Assembly (NCBI GenBank): GCA_028276165.1
Contig: JAPYWV010000001.1
Span: 1 to 43,370, forward strand
Source of the DNA: Acidilobaceae archaeon
Lineage (GTDB): Archaea > Thermoproteota > Thermoprotei_A > Sulfolobales > Acidilobaceae
Length of the DNA stretch: 43,370 bases
Reading direction: 5' to 3'
Shown: piece after piece, positions 41,842-43,370 of the stretch
Numbering within the stretch: the first letter of the stretch is position 1
Layout of the letters: each line of letters begins with the position of its first letter
Position numbers and translations under genes: made by a program
The notes under the pieces: model-generated
Database searches by the model: none
What the model saw: the letters and a program-made list of their open reading frames with translations, nothing else
What the model was told of the DNA's origin: nothing

Positions 41842-43023
41842 TTGAAGGAGGTGGTTTGGTTGAAGGCGAAGATCTTAGGGCTGGCTCTCGCAACCCTACT
41901 GGTGGCTGTTCTAGCTCTAAACTCGATCCCGAGCCAGAGCGCTATCATCGTGATCGCCTTCGATCTAAGCAATAGGCAGTCCCCCAAGGGGCTTGAGGTT
42001 CTAGTCGAGATAGCGAAGCCCTACTACAAGGTTTTAATTGTATCAGAGCAAGCCGATCTTGAGAGGGTGCAGCCTGAGGTGTTGAAGGCCTTCAACGAGG
42101 TTAGGGTAGGCGGTCTCACGGCACTCAATCTAAGGGATGTAGATGTGCTCATCATAGGGCAGCCTGAGGCTTTGATTAGAAGTGAGGCTGTTGAAGCTAT
42201 AAAGGCTTGGTTCTCTAAGCCTAACAAAGCCTTGTGGATTGCAGGGGATAGCGATTACCCAGCTCAGGGTAGTGAGAAGGCTCAGCAGTCTATGAACGCT
42301 GTGTTAGAGGCTATAGGTAGCGTCATAAGGATAGATTATATAAGTGTTGAGGACTACAAGGAGAACGCTGGAGGTGCACCCTACAGGGTTACAGGTATAG
42401 TTGATCCAAGCCCTGAGGTAGCGTTTCTAAAGAACAACCTTAAGTACAACAAGGTCCTATTCCACGGGCCCGGAGGGCTATTCGTACTAGTACAGGGGAA
42501 GCCTGTAAACCCGGTTAAACAGCCTGAGCTTAAGCCTAGGAACGTCTACGTAGTTGTGAGGACAAGCGAGAACTCCAAAGCAGTAGAGAACCAGCCTCCA
42601 GAGAAGGGAGGGCTAGGCCCCATGTTCTACGATCCGTTAAACGATAAGGTTAACACAGGCCCATTCCCACTAATGCTAATAGAGGTATTCCCAGACAACA
42701 GGGTAGTGATAGCTTCAAGTGAGACAATGTACGGAGGCTACACACCAATGACCGTAACAGAGTACTACAAAGTACCCTTAGACGGCCCACAGTTCGTAAC
42801 AAACCTGATAACATACATGGTATCACTGGTAAGCCAGCCCGTGAAGGTGACAGAGACCAAGGTGGTAACGGAGACCAGGACAGAAACAGAGATTAGAACA
42901 ACAACGCTAACACAGGAGAGGACAACAACAGTACAAGTGGGGGTAAGCACTCCAGTAGCAACACTCATAGCAGTAATAGCATTCCTAGTAGGAGCAGTAA
43001 CGGTATTCCTGTTAAGAAGGTAA
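41842..43023 (+). CDS. hypothetical cell-surface protein (signal peptide, T/E-rich linker, C-terminal TM)
   Basis: 393-aa track ORF. The more likely start is TTG 41860, preceded by GGAGGTG and giving (M)KAKILGLALATLLVAVLAL. The body pattern (IIVIAFD...VDVLIIGQPE...ALWIAGDSD) is reminiscent of a flavodoxin/GATase1-like fold. The C-terminus is VTETKVVTETRTETEIRTTT followed by a TM and RR. Confidence 0.55.
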   Translation: MKEVVWLKAKILGLALATLLVAVLALNSIPSQSAIIVIAFDLSNRQSPKGLEVLVEIAKPYYKVLIVSEQADLERVQPEVLKAFNEVRVGGLTALNLRDVDVLIIGQPEALIRSEAVEAIKAWFSKPNKALWIAGDSDYPAQGSEKAQQSMNAVLEAIGSVIRIDYISVEDYKENAGGAPYRVTGIVDPSPEVAFLKNNLKYNKVLFHGPGGLFVLVQGKPVNPVKQPELKPRNVYVVVRTSENSKAVENQPPEKGGLGPMFYDPLNDKVNTGPFPLMLIEVFPDNRVVIASSETMYGGYTPMTVTEYYKVPLDGPQFVTNLITYMVSLVSQPVKVTETKVVTETRTETEIRTTTLTQERTTTVQVGVSTPVATLIAVIAFLVGAVTVFLLRR

Positions 43024-43139
43024 CCCCCAGCTTACTAAAAAGATACTTTCCCCGCTTTCAATTTCCAACATTTTTCCTCATACCATATGAGCAAGACATA
43101 TAACCTTCCAGGCGTATATACATAATTACGGTTCGGAGT

Positions 43140-43370
43140 ATGGGTGGTAAGATTAAGACCTCAATTGTGATCGATAGGAGTCTCTGGGAGGAGTTTAAGC
43201 GTAAGGCGAGCGAGGAGAGGGGATTAAAGGATATCAGTAGTTTAATCGGAGAGCTTATAGAGGAGAACTTCTCGGATTCACTCATAATAAATGCTCTATC
43301 CAAGTTAATAGGCGAAGCTAAGGTGCCAGAGGTATTGAAGCCTGTAAAACCCCTAGTGGAAACTGATGCT
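43140..43370 (+). CDS. RHH/antitoxin-like protein, 5' part only (runs off the window)
   Basis: My own translation: MGGKIKTSIVIDRSLWEEFKRKASEERGLKDISSLIGELIEENF... (beta-strand, helix, helix). The frame is open for 77 codons to the window edge. The TATA GTATATACATAA at ~43113-43125 implies a near-leaderless mRNA. Preferred over the antisense track ORF 43058..43303. Confidence 0.5.
   Translation, partial: MGGKIKTSIVIDRSLWEEFKRKASEERGLKDISSLIGELIEENFSDSLIINALSKLIGEAKVPEVLKPVKPLVETDA

Noticed and set aside
43040-43080. A CRISPR array, suggested by the ATTGAAAG repeat-tail-like sequence and the recurring TTTCCCCGCT word.
   Set aside because: There is no regularly spaced repeat-spacer structure anywhere in the window. 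The four motif copies are 1.6-28 kb apart and in mixed orientation. No cas genes are present.
43058-43303. Track ORF 43058..43303(-), 81 aa.
   Set aside because: It is Ser/Ile/Leu-rich low-complexity sequence, antisense to a plus-strand frame that is open to the window edge. That plus frame encodes a convincing RHH-like N-terminus and has a well-placed TATA box.

Overview
This 43.4-kb window looks like a chromosomal segment of a hyperthermophilic crenarchaeon. The gene content is Desulfurococcales-like, but the species cannot be named from sequence alone. Supporting signs are diphthine synthase, A/V-type ATPase subunits I and F, ribosomal protein eL38, archaemetzincin and indolepyruvate:ferredoxin oxidoreductase. 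A/T-rich TATA boxes sit about 25-40 nt upstream of most starts, many longest-ORF starts are TTG or GTG, and AGG/AGA/ATA codons are frequent. Most of the window is housekeeping, peptide catabolism and transport: iorAB, an Opp/Dpp-type peptide ABC importer, an Fe(III)/thiamine-type ABC importer, a tusA-dsrE pair, a membrane Hdr/DsrMK-like Fe-S protein and a four-gene cell-envelope operon. The features worth a second look are these. (1) An unannotated ~330-nt structured-RNA candidate at 3414-3743(-) has a textbook kink-turn hairpin, its own TATA box and an oligo-U end. (2) A ~75-nt inverted paralog of its two-hairpin core lies at 14994-15067, inside a decayed fdhD-like region. A decamer from this core, TTTCCCCGCT, recurs downstream of two unrelated genes. 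(3) There is clear gene decay: a PIN/VapC gene with an in-frame TGA, a frameshifted fdhE-like gene and an fdhD remnant, with no formate dehydrogenase in the window. (4) A VapB antitoxin domain is fused to a ~135-aa N-terminal HTH-like region. (5) Two RHH genes are transcribed divergently, one not in the ORF track, with an inverted-repeat operator between them. (6) iorA, iorB, archaemetzincin and oppD form a translationally coupled string, and three orphan genes around a single palindromic TATA split oppD from the rest of the opp locus. No CRISPR array, rRNA, integrase or transposase was found. All functional calls rest on motif and family recognition from memory, not on database searches.
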